From: Kudoa neothunni
Taxonomy: Eukaryota > Animalia > Cnidaria
Direction of reading: 5' to 3'
Assembly (NCBI GenBank): GCA_964304625.1
Contig: OZ199839.1
Location: 11,966,080 to 12,030,079 of the forward strand
Length of the DNA: 64,000 nucleotides
In this document: in pieces, positions 52,519 through 64,000 of the stretch
Position numbering within the stretch: position 1 is the stretch's first letter
Layout: every line of letters begins with the position of its first letter
Program-made: the position numbers and the translations under genes
The notes under the pieces: generated by a model
What the model saw: the letters and a program-made list of their open reading frames with translations, nothing else
What the model was told of the DNA's origin: nothing
Database searches by the model: none

Positions 52519-54170
52519 ATTTGTCACACCAGAGGGGCTATTCCAATTCAAAGAATGCCTTTTGGACTGTGCAATGCCCCTGCTACGTTTCAATCAATCA
52601 TGAACAAAGTTTTGAAACCAATCATTAATAAATGTTGCATGGTTTACATGGACGACATTGTTATATACAGTAAATCAAACGAAGAACACCTAAAGCATTT
52701 AAAACTAACCCTTCAATTGCTGAAAAATGCTGGATTTCTTTGCTACTGAAGTGAGATTCCTTGGGTATGTTATCTCTCATGGTGGTATTAAAACCGATGC
52801 GGATAAGGTTGACGTAAGTAAGAAATTGGAAGACACCTGTGAATGTTGAGCAAGTGCAACAATTCCTTGGATTCACATCGTACTATAGAAGGTTTGTGAA
52901 TAAATTTTCTGAGATATCCAAACCGCTATACATGTTAACAAGAAGGATCAGAAGTGGAATTGAATAAGGACTGTGAGAATGCATTTGATCGGCTTAAAAA
53001 ATCACTATGAGAGGCACCATGTCTAATTAATGCCACAGTGGAAAAAACCATTCATTGTTGATTGTGACTCGAGTAATTTTGCGATTGGTGGAGTGCTGCC
53101 ACAAAAAATTAATGGAATTGAACAACCAATTTATTATTGCAACAGATTACTATCAAAGCAGGAAAGCAACTATTCCACAACAAATTCCACAACAAAGAAA
53201 GAGCTATTGGCGCTTGTTTGGACTTTAGAGAATAAATTGTTCTACCCATTATGTTAGACTGTGTCGAAGATATCAAGAACTCTCAAATGGTTGATACAGA
53301 TTGAAGATTGTTAGAGGATGGTTAGAAAATGGTTCCTTCCCCAATACAATTCCAAGATTTTCATCTAGTTACGTACAAATACTATGGATTATAAAGAATA
53401 ATATCGTTATGAAAGATGGAGTTTTTGTACAGAAGATCACTCAATTGAAACCCAGAAGTCGTGGATAGAATTATAATCCCCAAATCCCTCATTAATATGG
53501 TACTAGCACAGTTCATAACAAGACTCTGGTGGACATGATAGCCAAGACGTGCGACCGTTTTGAAGAATGGGATGAGAGTATACCTGCGGTGTTGATGGCG
53601 TATAGAAGAACGAGACATAAAACAACTGGATTTTCACCAAATCTTCTGATGTTCGGTAGAGAAGTCCCAACTGTCCTTGACGCCGCTATGGGAAGTTTGT
53701 CTTGCAGAAATTACAATGATTTTATCCGGATGATTGATGAGACAGTGAAACATTCGAGGAAATTATTGCATGATATGAGACCAATCTGACCTCCCTTCAA
53801 ATAATAGCTCCAAGTCTGAATTCCAAAAGGGTGACCTTGTTTTTGTGAGAAAACATATACGAAAAGGTAAATTAGACAATTATTGGACCGGGCCATTTAG
53901 AGTTACTGAAAAAATAAATCCACACATTGTATAAATTTTGATTGGAAATAAAGTCGAAGTTATCAACCACTATCATTTGAAGAAGTCATACAGTAATGAA
54001 ACGCTGAATTACAATTGTGATCAAGCAACGCACAGCTTTGTTCGGGAGACATCCTTAGTGAACCACCCCTTCAAGGTTGCACAGAACAGCAAGTAGACGA
54101 GGCCTCGGAGACTCAACTGGAAACCAAGAGAATTATACGAAAACCCATTTGGACGAGAGATTACATCACT
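52519..54170 (+). pseudogene. Gypsy 3' RT, RNase H and integrase remnant (deleted integrase core)
   Basis: RMPFGLCNAPATFQ, VYMDDI, QQFLG..YYRRF, VDCDSSNFAIGGVL, KELLA, WDESIPAVLMAYR..H.TTGFSP, WTGPF. Many indels. Confidence 0.9.
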
Positions 54171-54198
54171 TAAAATGCTCATCTTAAGGATGGGGTAG

Positions 54199-54350
54199 TG
54201 TTGGATATATATATTCTTTTATATTTGACTTATGCTCGATATTAATCGTTTTGTGTCGTGTCTTGCAAAAGTGTTTCTATGGCGCTAACCAGGATGAGTG
54301 CGAAACAGGATACAGCGGGAGACTCAATGAATGAGGGAGCCGAGACAACA
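54199..54350 (+). repeat. 3' LTR of Gypsy element
   Basis: Identical to 46218-46369, preceded by the PPT and followed by TSD TGGAG. Confidence 0.95.
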
Positions 54351-55079
54351 TGGAGCATTGGTTTCAACTTTCGAATTATCTGATGACGTATCACATGTAA
54401 AGGAATAATCCAGGTCAGAAGAATCAGTATCAGAGCAGCTGCCGCCATACTCACTCGAGCTCATATTCCCAACGTCCGGCAGCGTATGCGCGTTACGATA
54501 TGACCAGTACTATTTGTTGATAAAATTGTATCAAATTTCCCCAAAAAGTATTATTTTGTATTTTGAATAATTTAGTTTAATAAAAATGTGGGATGTAAAA
54601 ATACCTCAATTTTACTCGGAGGGTTAATAACGAAATTAATCTTCAAGTCATTCAAAAATGTTTTCTATACAAAACCGTATTTTCTTGACTTTGTGGGATA
54701 TGTACAGAGCTACTCATACATAATAAGAAATAACGATGGAATATAATTCGATTTATATTTCAAATGAAATTTCTCCAAATAAATCTAATATCTAATAGAT
54801 GCATCTTTGTCTCCATTTATTTTCACGTTTATCGAATCTGGTGTATTTACAAATTTTAGTTATTTGTAGTGACTAATAACTAAAAATTATAGTATTATGA
54901 TGTATTATAAATTTTAAAGGACTACTTATAACAATTTAAAAGAAAGGGGATTCCTCTCTCTTCGTTCCATAGCTCTTCATTGGTTTCATTTTTATTTTTC
55001 ATTATGCCGTCATAGTCATAGTGTCATTGTGTCATTGTGTCATAGTGTCATAGTGCCATAATATAGGGCAACGAGAATT

Positions 55080-56275
55080 TTCCCAAAGCTTATAACTTAA
55101 ACTGGTATTTATTTGGAGTAAGGAACTATAATCCCTGAGATAATTTCATCGCGAACAATTTTTTTAAAGTAGTTAGAAGTAAAAACATCCTTCGTGAGAT
55201 TACATTAGGTTCACCTTGTTTAAGCTTACGTAGATTCTGTTGTGGTGATCTATATTTTTGTTCTAGCTCTATATTAATATAGGAAAATGTACAATCATTA
55301 GAATATAATGTCGCTATATCGTCAACAAAACTATAAAAATTTTCGAATTTGACAGTTTCATCTGATTCATTAATAGACATTGTATCATCGCTGGAGTTGT
55401 TAACTACATCTCAAATCAAGAAGTCATCCCTTTTTCGTTTATTATAGATAAATTAAAAAAACTCACACGTCATGTAAACAAATATTTTTCTGTTTGCTTT
55501 GATAAAGCCTTGGAAGGATCAAAACCGATACAGAGATTTTAATCTCAAAGATGATATTTAAATTTGCGATTTTTGTTGAATTTTTAATGCTTTAATATGG
55601 TTATTTAATCTGTGTTCAAGAATGTCCTAAAATGATTTAACTTTACGATGCCATTGGGGTAAAATTGACCACAAAGTACAATTAACACCAATATTACTCT
55701 TTATGCAATATTAAAATTTGTGTACAGTAAATCATAATAAAATTAGTGGGAATATATTTACCAAATAATTCGAAAAACTTTTTTATCTTCAGAGTTCCTT
55801 TGGGTGGTCAATTTGACTTAAAGTTTCATTATTAGGTTTTACTATGAAAGTTGTTCCGAAAGTGTATTAGCAGTATTTTATGAATTTTGTCTACTCATTT
55901 TGTTATAAAATAGTGTTTAATATATTATGTAATTCACATTTAAATTCTACCAAAGATTTCAGATCCTTTTCGAAAAAAAATCGTATTATTTTCGACAAAC
56001 AGTTAGTAATTAAAAATCACTCATATTTTACAATCACTTGCTTGCTAAAATCCTACGAATAAATAATAAATAATACATACGCAGGGGATTTAATGTATTA
56101 ATTGTTACATTTCATGTTGTTTTACTGAAAACCTGGTCAATAGATATCGAAAATACTTGAAAATTGAATTAGTAGAAATTTGTTTAACTAATTTACCAAA
56201 TAATAACCTAGGGTAAAATTGAACCCAATAGACCTACCTATGACCTATGAGGACGTTTTTAGCGACTTGACAAGG
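55080..56275 (-). mobile_element. piggyBac remnant 4 (5' end and N-terminal coding fragment)
   Basis: Acidic N-terminus and RSPQQNLR segment, several GGGT-AAATTGA-CCCA palindromes, and end AAGG-TTAA at 56276. Confidence 0.55.
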
Positions 56276-56437
56276 TTAAAGATAAATTTCAGTCAAACGT
56301 GAATAAAAACATAATTGATTCAAGCATTTTTACAATGCTTAATCATAAAACACAATATGTGTAGAAATAAATTTACAACGATATAAATTAGATTTTTCAA
56401 CATTGTCAAACTAGTTTTTTAGGTGTGAACTATTCTC

Positions 56438-57089
56438 TGGGGTCAATTTGTATCCCAAACTCAGCATGTGTGCGTTGTGTACATATAACGTACTGTGAAA
56501 AAAACGATCCATAATACAGTAACAGTAACAGTAACTCGTTGTGACTACGAAGGTTTTCGTATCAATAATTCAACAGTCGTTATTACTCGACAGAGTGTTA
56601 CTAGAAAAAACTTCCTGTTGATTTAATTTCATGGCTTTAGTTACAATCTTTTGAGAAAACATTATTGAATCGTAGCTATATGTTAAATTTAGAGTTTTCA
56701 ATACATGCCCTTGACCATATGCATCTAAAGAAAATTTGAAAATAATTTTACATCTTTTTAAATAAAAGCTAGTTTTTCTTTGACTTGGTGACCTATTTTA
56801 CTAACTATATGTATAAATTACTTTATAAAATATCGTGCATGATTTTAACATTATTAGGATGTATTAGTTAATAAATAAAGGGACAAATAAACAAAAGTTA
56901 AAGATACACCGTTTTCTTTCCATGGATGCAACAACGTTTGTTTGGATAGTATTTAAGGTAAGATATTAGTGTTAACCAATACGTTTTTGAGGAGTTACAA
57001 TTGTCTTGCAGTCTAATATTGATAAGCTGCCCTGTTGTTTAATTCAAGTTGTTGAATTTTTAACTCTAGTTTTATATAATTATTAAAAC
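56438..57089 (-). pseudogene. piggyBac remnant 5 (C-terminal fragment)
   Basis: Subterminal palindrome TGGGGTCAATTTGTATCCCA at 56438. Minus-strand LHPWKENGV and KKLAF segments resemble the piggyBac C-terminal half. Highly decayed. Confidence 0.4.
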
Positions 57090-58515
57090 TGTAACTGAGA
57101 GCACAGAGACAATTGTGTAAAATACTACACGTGATTGACGGTGTATGCTGATAACAATATGGAGGTTGTTACATATACTACCCCTCTACAAAAAAGAGGG
57201 TTCTAGGTGAGTCACTCGAAAAAACCTGGTTACCTTATTACCGTCCCGTCCCGACCCGTCCCGACCAGTTATGGTTAGGTAGGTCGATTTTTTTGGTGTT
57301 GTTATGATGGATATTTTTGTTCCATCATTGTTGTGTCCAATTTCGTAAATTGGGCATGATTTAAGCTTTATTAGGTAAGTGCCGTAATACTTGGGAAGGG
57401 AAGCATTTAGTGGATTCTCTTTTAGTAGGACATAATTTCTTTCCATGACTAATTTATCACATTAATTTTATTGTATTGTTTTCATGATGCTTTTTAAATT
57501 GTATTGTTGTCATCCGCTTTAAACAAATACTCTTTAAGTTTTGAATTCAATTTCCTACGTAGATGCATGGTTGACGCGTTTTACTTTCGATAACTGTGTT
57601 TGGGCTTAGTCCAGTCCAGTCCAGTCCAGTAGTGATGGGGTTTGTATTTTTTGCCCATAGATTATTTTGGTGCGAGTGAAATCAGTTATACTCGAAAAGG
57701 TGGTCAATATCGCCGTGTCCCATACGTCACGTCTCCAATGTTGAATTCAATAGTTTTAGTTAGGTTTTTAGAGTTTATACATATTTCTCAGTCAGGCCTT
57801 TTCCCATGGGTGATAGGATGTAGATCTTGATTTTGTGATACCAAGTAAATGGCTATAATCTTGGATTAATACGAAGTCGAATTGCCTTTCTTTGGCTGAA
57901 TGTTCACCGCTGACACATCTAGAACAAGTTGTTCTATATTGTTTTCTATGATGTGTTGTGTTGGTTGACGTTTGGTCTTCGTTCTCCCTCACCATTGGAA
58001 TCATATCCACGAGTTTCCATCGATCATTATGTACATAACACATAGCATCCTCCATAGATATATTTGGCCTTGCCATTTTCACCAAAGAGACAAGTTTGTT
58101 ACAATATTCTCCAACTTTTTTATCCTCTTTAATTTGTTGGTTTAGAAAGGTATTCCAAACCTTCTCCGGATTCGTGTTTTTGGCGGCGTATACTATAATA
58201 TTGTTTTTCATTGTATTTAGAGGCCCAACACTTTGCTTTTGTTGTTCATTTGGTGTTATGAAAGGTCTCAAAGGTTTATGTATGGCTAGTTGATAATAAG
58301 CATAGGCTTGACTTTCTTCGTAGTTCTTTAGTAGAATTATCGCGTCTAATTCGTTATTTTGTTCCATAATTGGATCATCGAATGAGAGTTCCTTTAACTT
58401 TATGCTTTTACCTCTGTCACCAATGTAATAGGTAATAGCGCGATGGGAGACTATATTAAACGTATATGATAATCCTCATCATATGAAAAGGGTCGTTTAA
58501 ATTATCCGTTTGACA
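57090..58515 (-). mobile_element. Deleted/chimeric Ty3/Gypsy element
   Basis: PBS TGGTGACAGAGG (58411-58422). Gag with CSRC...H knuckle fused directly to integrase end (LGITKSRSTSYHP; PKYYGTY). PPT AGAGGGGTAG. Left LTR TGTAAC...GTTACA at 57090-57173 does not match the right LTR, which starts at 58424. Confidence 0.75.
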
Positions 58516-59079
58516 TATAAATGTAGCATATATTATATCAATTCAATATTTAAAACAAGAATATTTTGAGTTATTTATAAATAAATTTTTCTTTTAAACA
58601 TATGTTGTACATTTAGTTTTTATATAAATCAGTATTATATCCGAGCATGCCAAAACCGACTATGACTATACACCAAGCGTTTTTTGTTATTTCTCTATTT
58701 TCTATTTTAGTTTGATTAAATAGCACCGTATAATGAAAAATGTTATGTACAAATTATAATTAGCAAAAAATAACAGATATACTTAAAAGACAGCTGATAC
58801 AGTTTTTATGAATCTGGTATTATTAAAATTTATTTCATTATTTTTGTACTATTTCAAATATAAAACGTTCTTAAAGTTATAAATATATTTACAGCATGTT
58901 TCAAACTTTTTACGTCTATCACCTAAGATATAATAATCACAAGGTCACCTAATTTTGTTGACATTGACAATTTAGAAATACATGTTGCACTATGATCTAC
59001 CGCAAATTTACAATTTACATTTATGATTGAAGAATGTATCAGTATGAACAAAGTAATAAACAAAACAGATATATAGATT

Positions 59080-59310
59080 AATTTTTAGGTTGATCTACAC
59101 AGTTACAACAAATGATTTTTGAATGGCTATTGCAGCAATGTTTCGAGCATTTACAACAGCGTGTTTTTGTTTTATCATCTGTAATATTTGTGTTGTTGGA
59201 AGCCGTAGCTAGTAAAATAACTGCCTTATTCTATTTTGATGCATATGATAATAACATATATTTTCCAATGAATATAATAATAGACAAAAAAACCTTTCTT
59301 GATTTTCGTG
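59080..59310 (-). pseudogene. piggyBac remnant 6 (internally deleted C-terminus)
   Basis: LSYASK.NKAVILLAT joined to KTRCCKCSKHCCNSHSKIICCNC. Confidence 0.75.
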
Positions 59311-59319
59311 GCTTTAACC

Positions 59320-59975
59320 CATTCAGGTTTTCAATATTAAAAAATTATAAGAATTAAAATTATTATATATTATTAATAGAAAATTATTAATTTGAATATA
59401 AAATTAAACTGAGATAATAGGTTAAAAAAATATTGCGATTTTATGAATGTATCATTTTCGATACATAAAACCCAATTAATTAATATTATATAAGAATAAT
59501 TGTTTTAATTATATTATTACGACATTATATTGAAAATTATTAGTCAACTGTGAAATAGGGCGAAGCATTTTGTATGGAGTCTGGTTGAGCACCCTTCACA
59601 AAAATATACGGTGATTTTATGGCAGATTTTATGGCATATGTCGCATCTCAGTCTTTTTCCAGATTTATCAGTTGTTATTAGGGGCTTTGGGCACATATTA
59701 GATTTAATAATTTGAGATAAATTTGATTTTTTCTTGTTAGGTATATCATTTTGTGCTCTAAAAGATCAATAGGTTTGTCTGTTAAGGAATTATAAATTTT
59801 CCAGGAGTTAACAACACACATGGATATCAGGTTTGTGAAAATTGGCCAATACCATTTTTTTCCTCTTATAGAAACTTTATAATTGGCAATACCATTATCG
59901 GCCAAATCAACACCACCCATGTTTTTGATGTATTTATGTATCATTTGAGGCTGGTCAATAACGCAAAACAAAAAC
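59320..59975 (-). pseudogene. piggyBac remnant 7 (PGBD3-like C-terminus)
   Basis: QPQMIHKYIKNMGGVDLAD...RGKKWYWPIF and Cys-rich tail RLRCDICH...CFALFH. TTAA-CCC end at ~59316. Confidence 0.85.
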
Positions 59976-60350
59976 TCGGTAACTCATGCGTGTGCAAAAA
60001 CACAAAAAACATTTATAGATATCAATATATTTAATTTTTAAAGATTTAATCATCATCCATTTTCCAACATGTTTTTGAGGTAACCTCCAAATAATTAAGC
60101 AAGTAATATTTGGGGTAATTATTGCATATTATTTTCAATTTCTCCAATTTTTCTCTATAATAATTATTCTTACTTCCATCATCAGGGTTGCACATTAAAT
60201 AATTAATTTTTTTCTCAATAACGCTTTGATGTGTTTTAAGTTTTTCAACAAATGTTGATATTCCTGAATTGGATTTGCCAAAACGTGCATAAAAATGCCT
60301 ATGAAATAATTCAGCTGTATTCGTGGTTAACCCTTCCTGTACCAACTACG
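59976..60350 (-). pseudogene. MULE transposase C-terminal fragment (same type as 51115-52400)
   Basis: TTNTAELFHRHF...ISTFVEKLK. Decayed CATGCG TIR motif at ~59985. Confidence 0.75.
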
Positions 60351-61671
60351 ATAACAGAACGTGGGTGACCAACTGGGGTCACTAACGTACCCCAGCCGAA
60401 TTACACCTTAAACTTGTTCAATCTGCTAGAAACTATTTCACCAAAAATAAGAGACACAAATATGATAATTCATGCCCAATAAAATTAGTTTTTATTATTT
60501 GACCTATACATAAATCATTTTGTTCTTGACGAAAACCATTGCACAGACAATGATACAAATGCATCAAAATGTAGCATAAATAGCAAATATTATCAGTTTT
60601 ATGCCGAAACAGGATATATAGAAGACTAATGATCAAAAAATTAAGAATAATTAGAAAAAATAATGACTATCGCAACAACTAGATACTCTTCGCTTTTCGG
60701 TATAAGTCGGTGAATCCGTAGCTAATGATTAATTGATGTGATAGCCGCTTTGATCAATCATTAAATTAAGCCATATGAGACAAGACTTGTATTATCCAAT
60801 GCTGATCTATATTATTTCTTAAATTTTAGTAGGCAGATGCTATAGACACAATAAAATTTAGTCATAAACTGCATGTACGCTTACTCAATATAAATTTTTG
60901 ATCTCAGCGACTCTTACTCACAAAATTTGTATAGATTTAATCGTTTAAAATCTGCTCTATTTAATTATTCTTGGTAGTTAAAAGCGAAGCGATAGGGTAA
61001 AAATAATTAAATATAGCCAAAATTAGTGACCTCTAAATATTATATGCCGTGTCAATAGCCACATCCATGGAATAATACACAAAATGATAATATTTTTAAA
61101 CAATGAATGACGCTGAGACTTCAGTTTGCATTATTTGAGCATCAGTGTTTAAGGCACCAAAAATAATATTCAACATATCTGTCATATTTGTACGTAATTA
61201 TTTTTAATATTTATTTGTACAACAAAATCACTTTCGCCTTGTCATTATTTTATTATTTTTGAAATTCGCAAAATAGTAGCGAAAACAGAAATTAGAATAT
61301 TTACTTTTATGTAGATATTTTCTTAATTTCACGAGTCATATTTGGTAAAATTTGTCAAAGTAGAGAATTATTTTGTAAAAAAATTATTCTTTCCTCTATA
61401 GCGAGGTTAATTTTATTCGTTTTTTCAACAGGCCGATATTTTTTCTCCCAAATGGCATGACTGTGTATAAATTCAAAAATTGTGAATCCGTTGAGCCTTG
61501 GGTAGAATTTATTTATTATAATAGACCAAAATTGTATATGTCATAAATGATAATGCATTAGAGATCGTAAAATGAATTACACATTGCACTCAATTACTAG
61601 TGAAAATTTGTGTATAATTTAAATTTATACACTGCAACCATATGCCGAATAAAAAAATATATTAACACGAT

Positions 61672-63768
61672 TTATTCCAAAGAATTGGTACAATCCAAAC
61701 AATAAATAATATTTCTTTTTACTCTATGTTTTATGCAAACAAACTTGAAGCAGTTGAAACATCTCAGGCTGGATTTATTATCCTTATTCTGAGGACAAAA
61801 ATGGCATCTATTTCTCTTTGATTGCTGAGTGGAATTTGATTCAGACATTGTCAAATCGTCATTATTGGTAGTGATTTCAAAAAATTGAAAACCATACTTT
61901 ATGTGGGATTGAAGAGTATGGGAATTCTCACGACGATATGCTATGCTACATTGGGTGTTGCCAATTCTATAGCAAGCTCGCGAAGAAATTTCTGTCGCTT
62001 GCTACGATCATTTTTTTTCCAATCAGAATTTTTTTGGATCCAAATAATATATGCGTTGAACGCAGCCATATCAATGATTTCCATGAAAATCCTCAGTGGT
62101 CATCTACGAGTAGGTCGCGAACAGGAGTATGACTGGGTCGTTTTGATATAGTGAAGAATCACCGTTGGTCTTTTTCTATATGTGTCTTCTGTTGAAGAAT
62201 CATGAAATTCGGTAGACAATATATTGACCGCATAGTTCTTTTTGGGTACATAGGAAGAAAGTGAAAGATGACCAGAAAACCCGAACAGAGAGGAGAAAAC
62301 CTCTCGGCGTGGCGATTTTAAAAATTCTTTGGGGATATCGCGTTTACTCGACCTAATTGTTCCTGTCAATGTCAGGTTCTCTTTGAAGAGTTTCGTGGCT
62401 AAAGAAACGGATGTAAAAAAGTTGTCTACGGTCACTCCTCGGCCAGTTCTATAAAATGGAGAGACAAGTCTTGTGACAACATTTTCAGCCTGATTTATTT
62501 CCCTTGTTCCACCGATCTTCCCAGTATACGGTTGAATGTTTAATAGGTATGACGTTTCTACGTCTGCAGCCACCCAAAGTTTGATCCCGAAACGGACATT
62601 TACCCCTAAACCTTACTAACCTTTCATCCACGGTAATATGCGTGCCTGGTGAATAATATTTCAAGCAATTTTCATTAAACAGATCGAAAATTTGGCGGCA
62701 AGGTTCGAATTTGTCGTTTGTAATTTGAAACCGATAAATTCTATTTGCTTTATCGTCGAAACGGATTTTTCTATAAATATATGTGAATCTGTTTCTGGAC
62801 ATCACTGTGGGGAAGAATAATTGTTTGAATAATGGACTACCATCCCACATATTCCTATGAGCAAGCATCTTACCATTTGAACGCCCAGCAGCGATTAATA
62901 TGCCTATAAATGCTTTTATTTCGTTTTTAGTTATTGTCGTGTGTCTCTGGGTTAGTTTCTTCATTATATTTGTTGGTGTATTTTACCATCTTATCAATTA
63001 TGTCTTTCGACATAAACAACTCAAAAGCATAAAAAATGGACGTTATATTGTTTGCCTCTTCTAAAATGCCTGAGGATGAAGTAACAATGTTGTGTGATTT
63101 AGTTTTCGTTTTTGAACAAATTCTTTTGGACCACTCAAGACCAGACGGGGAAGAAAAAATAGAATCATTATCTATATCACTAATAACACAATCGTCTGAT
63201 TCACATATTTCATATTCTGAGCGACTATCATTATCTACCGAAGAAGAATCCTCAATAAGTTTTCAACATCATCAATGGTTTGGTCTAATCTCATAATAAA
63301 TACTACTGATGCCTCAACAAAAGTTATTTGACAATTGCTACCTCAATATCCACAAGAAATGTTAAGCGCGTGGCGTAATTGGATTAATCCTCGTTAATCC
63401 GCGAGGCGGTAATATTTAGAAATGCGCACCATTTTTTCATATGATAGAACGGATATTATCAAATTTTTGTTGGGGAATAAAGCTATTTTTGATATTTATA
63501 AAACAAATATGTAACATTAGAAAACTAATCCGATGCATTAAAAATTAACTCTAGTATTATTTTTGAATCTATTCATTAGATTTAATTTTTAATTATATTG
63601 TAAAAAATATTTTCATCAAAATATCGAAATAATAGTTATTTATTGAGGTATTCTGACGTTTTGAAGACTATCAGAAGCTGATTTTTGGATTTAGAAAAAA
63701 AATAGATAATATGGGGTCACTTAAATCAACCCCGTTTTTGACCCTCTCATAAGCATTCCAAGAAGTTA
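61672..63768 (-). mobile_element. piggyBac element 8 with frameshifted transposase (61672-~63300)
   Basis: MSRNRF, RFDD, TVDERL..FRGKC, TVDNFFTS, SYVPKKN, RRWPL, RCHFCP...CFNC..VCIKH. Subterminal palindrome TGGGGTCA...AACCCC at 63712. Confidence 0.9.
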
Positions 63769-64000
63769 TATTATATTTCGGACTTTTTATAAAATTTTTT
63801 TTAAAAATAATCTAATAATAAAGATAAATTTTTATAATTATTAAATTCAAAACTTACTTGTTCAGGAGGCACAAAAGCTAGCGATGATATACATTTTATA
63901 AATAATTTTAAGGTGCAATCATTATGGTAACCATTAGATAGACCAAGATTTTGTACTTACTTTCCTCCATATACACTGACTGAAGTGGAATAAACAAAAA

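Larger units (their letters stand above)
46218..54350 (+). mobile_element. Ty3/Gypsy LTR retrotransposon with identical LTRs, interrupted by a MULE
   Basis: 152-bp LTRs at 46218-46369 and 54199-54350, identical by eye. TSD TGGAG at 46213-46217 and 54351-54355. PBS TGGCGCAGTGGC (tRNA-Ser-like) and PPT AAGGATGGGGTAG. Confidence 0.96.
44939..54623 (-). mobile_element. piggyBac element 3, internally deleted, host of the Gypsy insertion
   Basis: ~90-bp TIRs CCCTCCGATTAAAATTGGGGTATTTTTACACCCCAC / GTGGGATGTAAAAATACCTCAATTTTACTCGGAGGG-TTAA. Transposase ATG at 54464 (MSSSEYGG...ETNAP) continues in frame at 46212 (SDSLIDKNGTLW). CDNFFTS and KGGVDT are present. Confidence 0.92.

Overview
AT-rich eukaryotic (metazoan) DNA with very short GT-AG introns (about 32-70 nt). 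This fits a compact-gene animal parasite such as a myxozoan, but that is inference and cannot be proven from the window. Most of the window is a nest of decayed, nested transposons: an autonomous Helitron remnant interrupted by a solo LTR and a full-length BEL/Pao element, non-autonomous Helitrons, a Tc1/IS630-type DD34E element, a Merlin (IS1595-like) remnant, three Mutator (MULE) elements, about eight piggyBac remnants, a hAT MITE and two Ty3/Gypsy elements. Two multi-exon host genes on the minus strand are only partly visible in the ORF track: an ADAM-type metalloprotease-disintegrin (~30.6-33.4 kb) that apparently lacks a prodomain, and an LCAT/group XV phospholipase A2-like lipase (40.2-41.8 kb). 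There is also a duplicated BTB-like pseudogene segment and a candidate orphan secreted-protein gene. The most notable observations are: (1) a piggyBac > Gypsy > MULE (+Ulp1-like cargo) nest whose Gypsy LTRs are identical although its pol is badly degraded; (2) mini-LTR retrotransposons whose gag frame starts inside the LTR or at the LTR/PBS junction; (3) a strong minus-strand bias of transposase-bearing insertions; (4) the prodomain-less ADAM, which has a perfect 38-bp palindrome over one splice acceptor. All coordinates were read by hand, and the ends of degraded elements are approximate.
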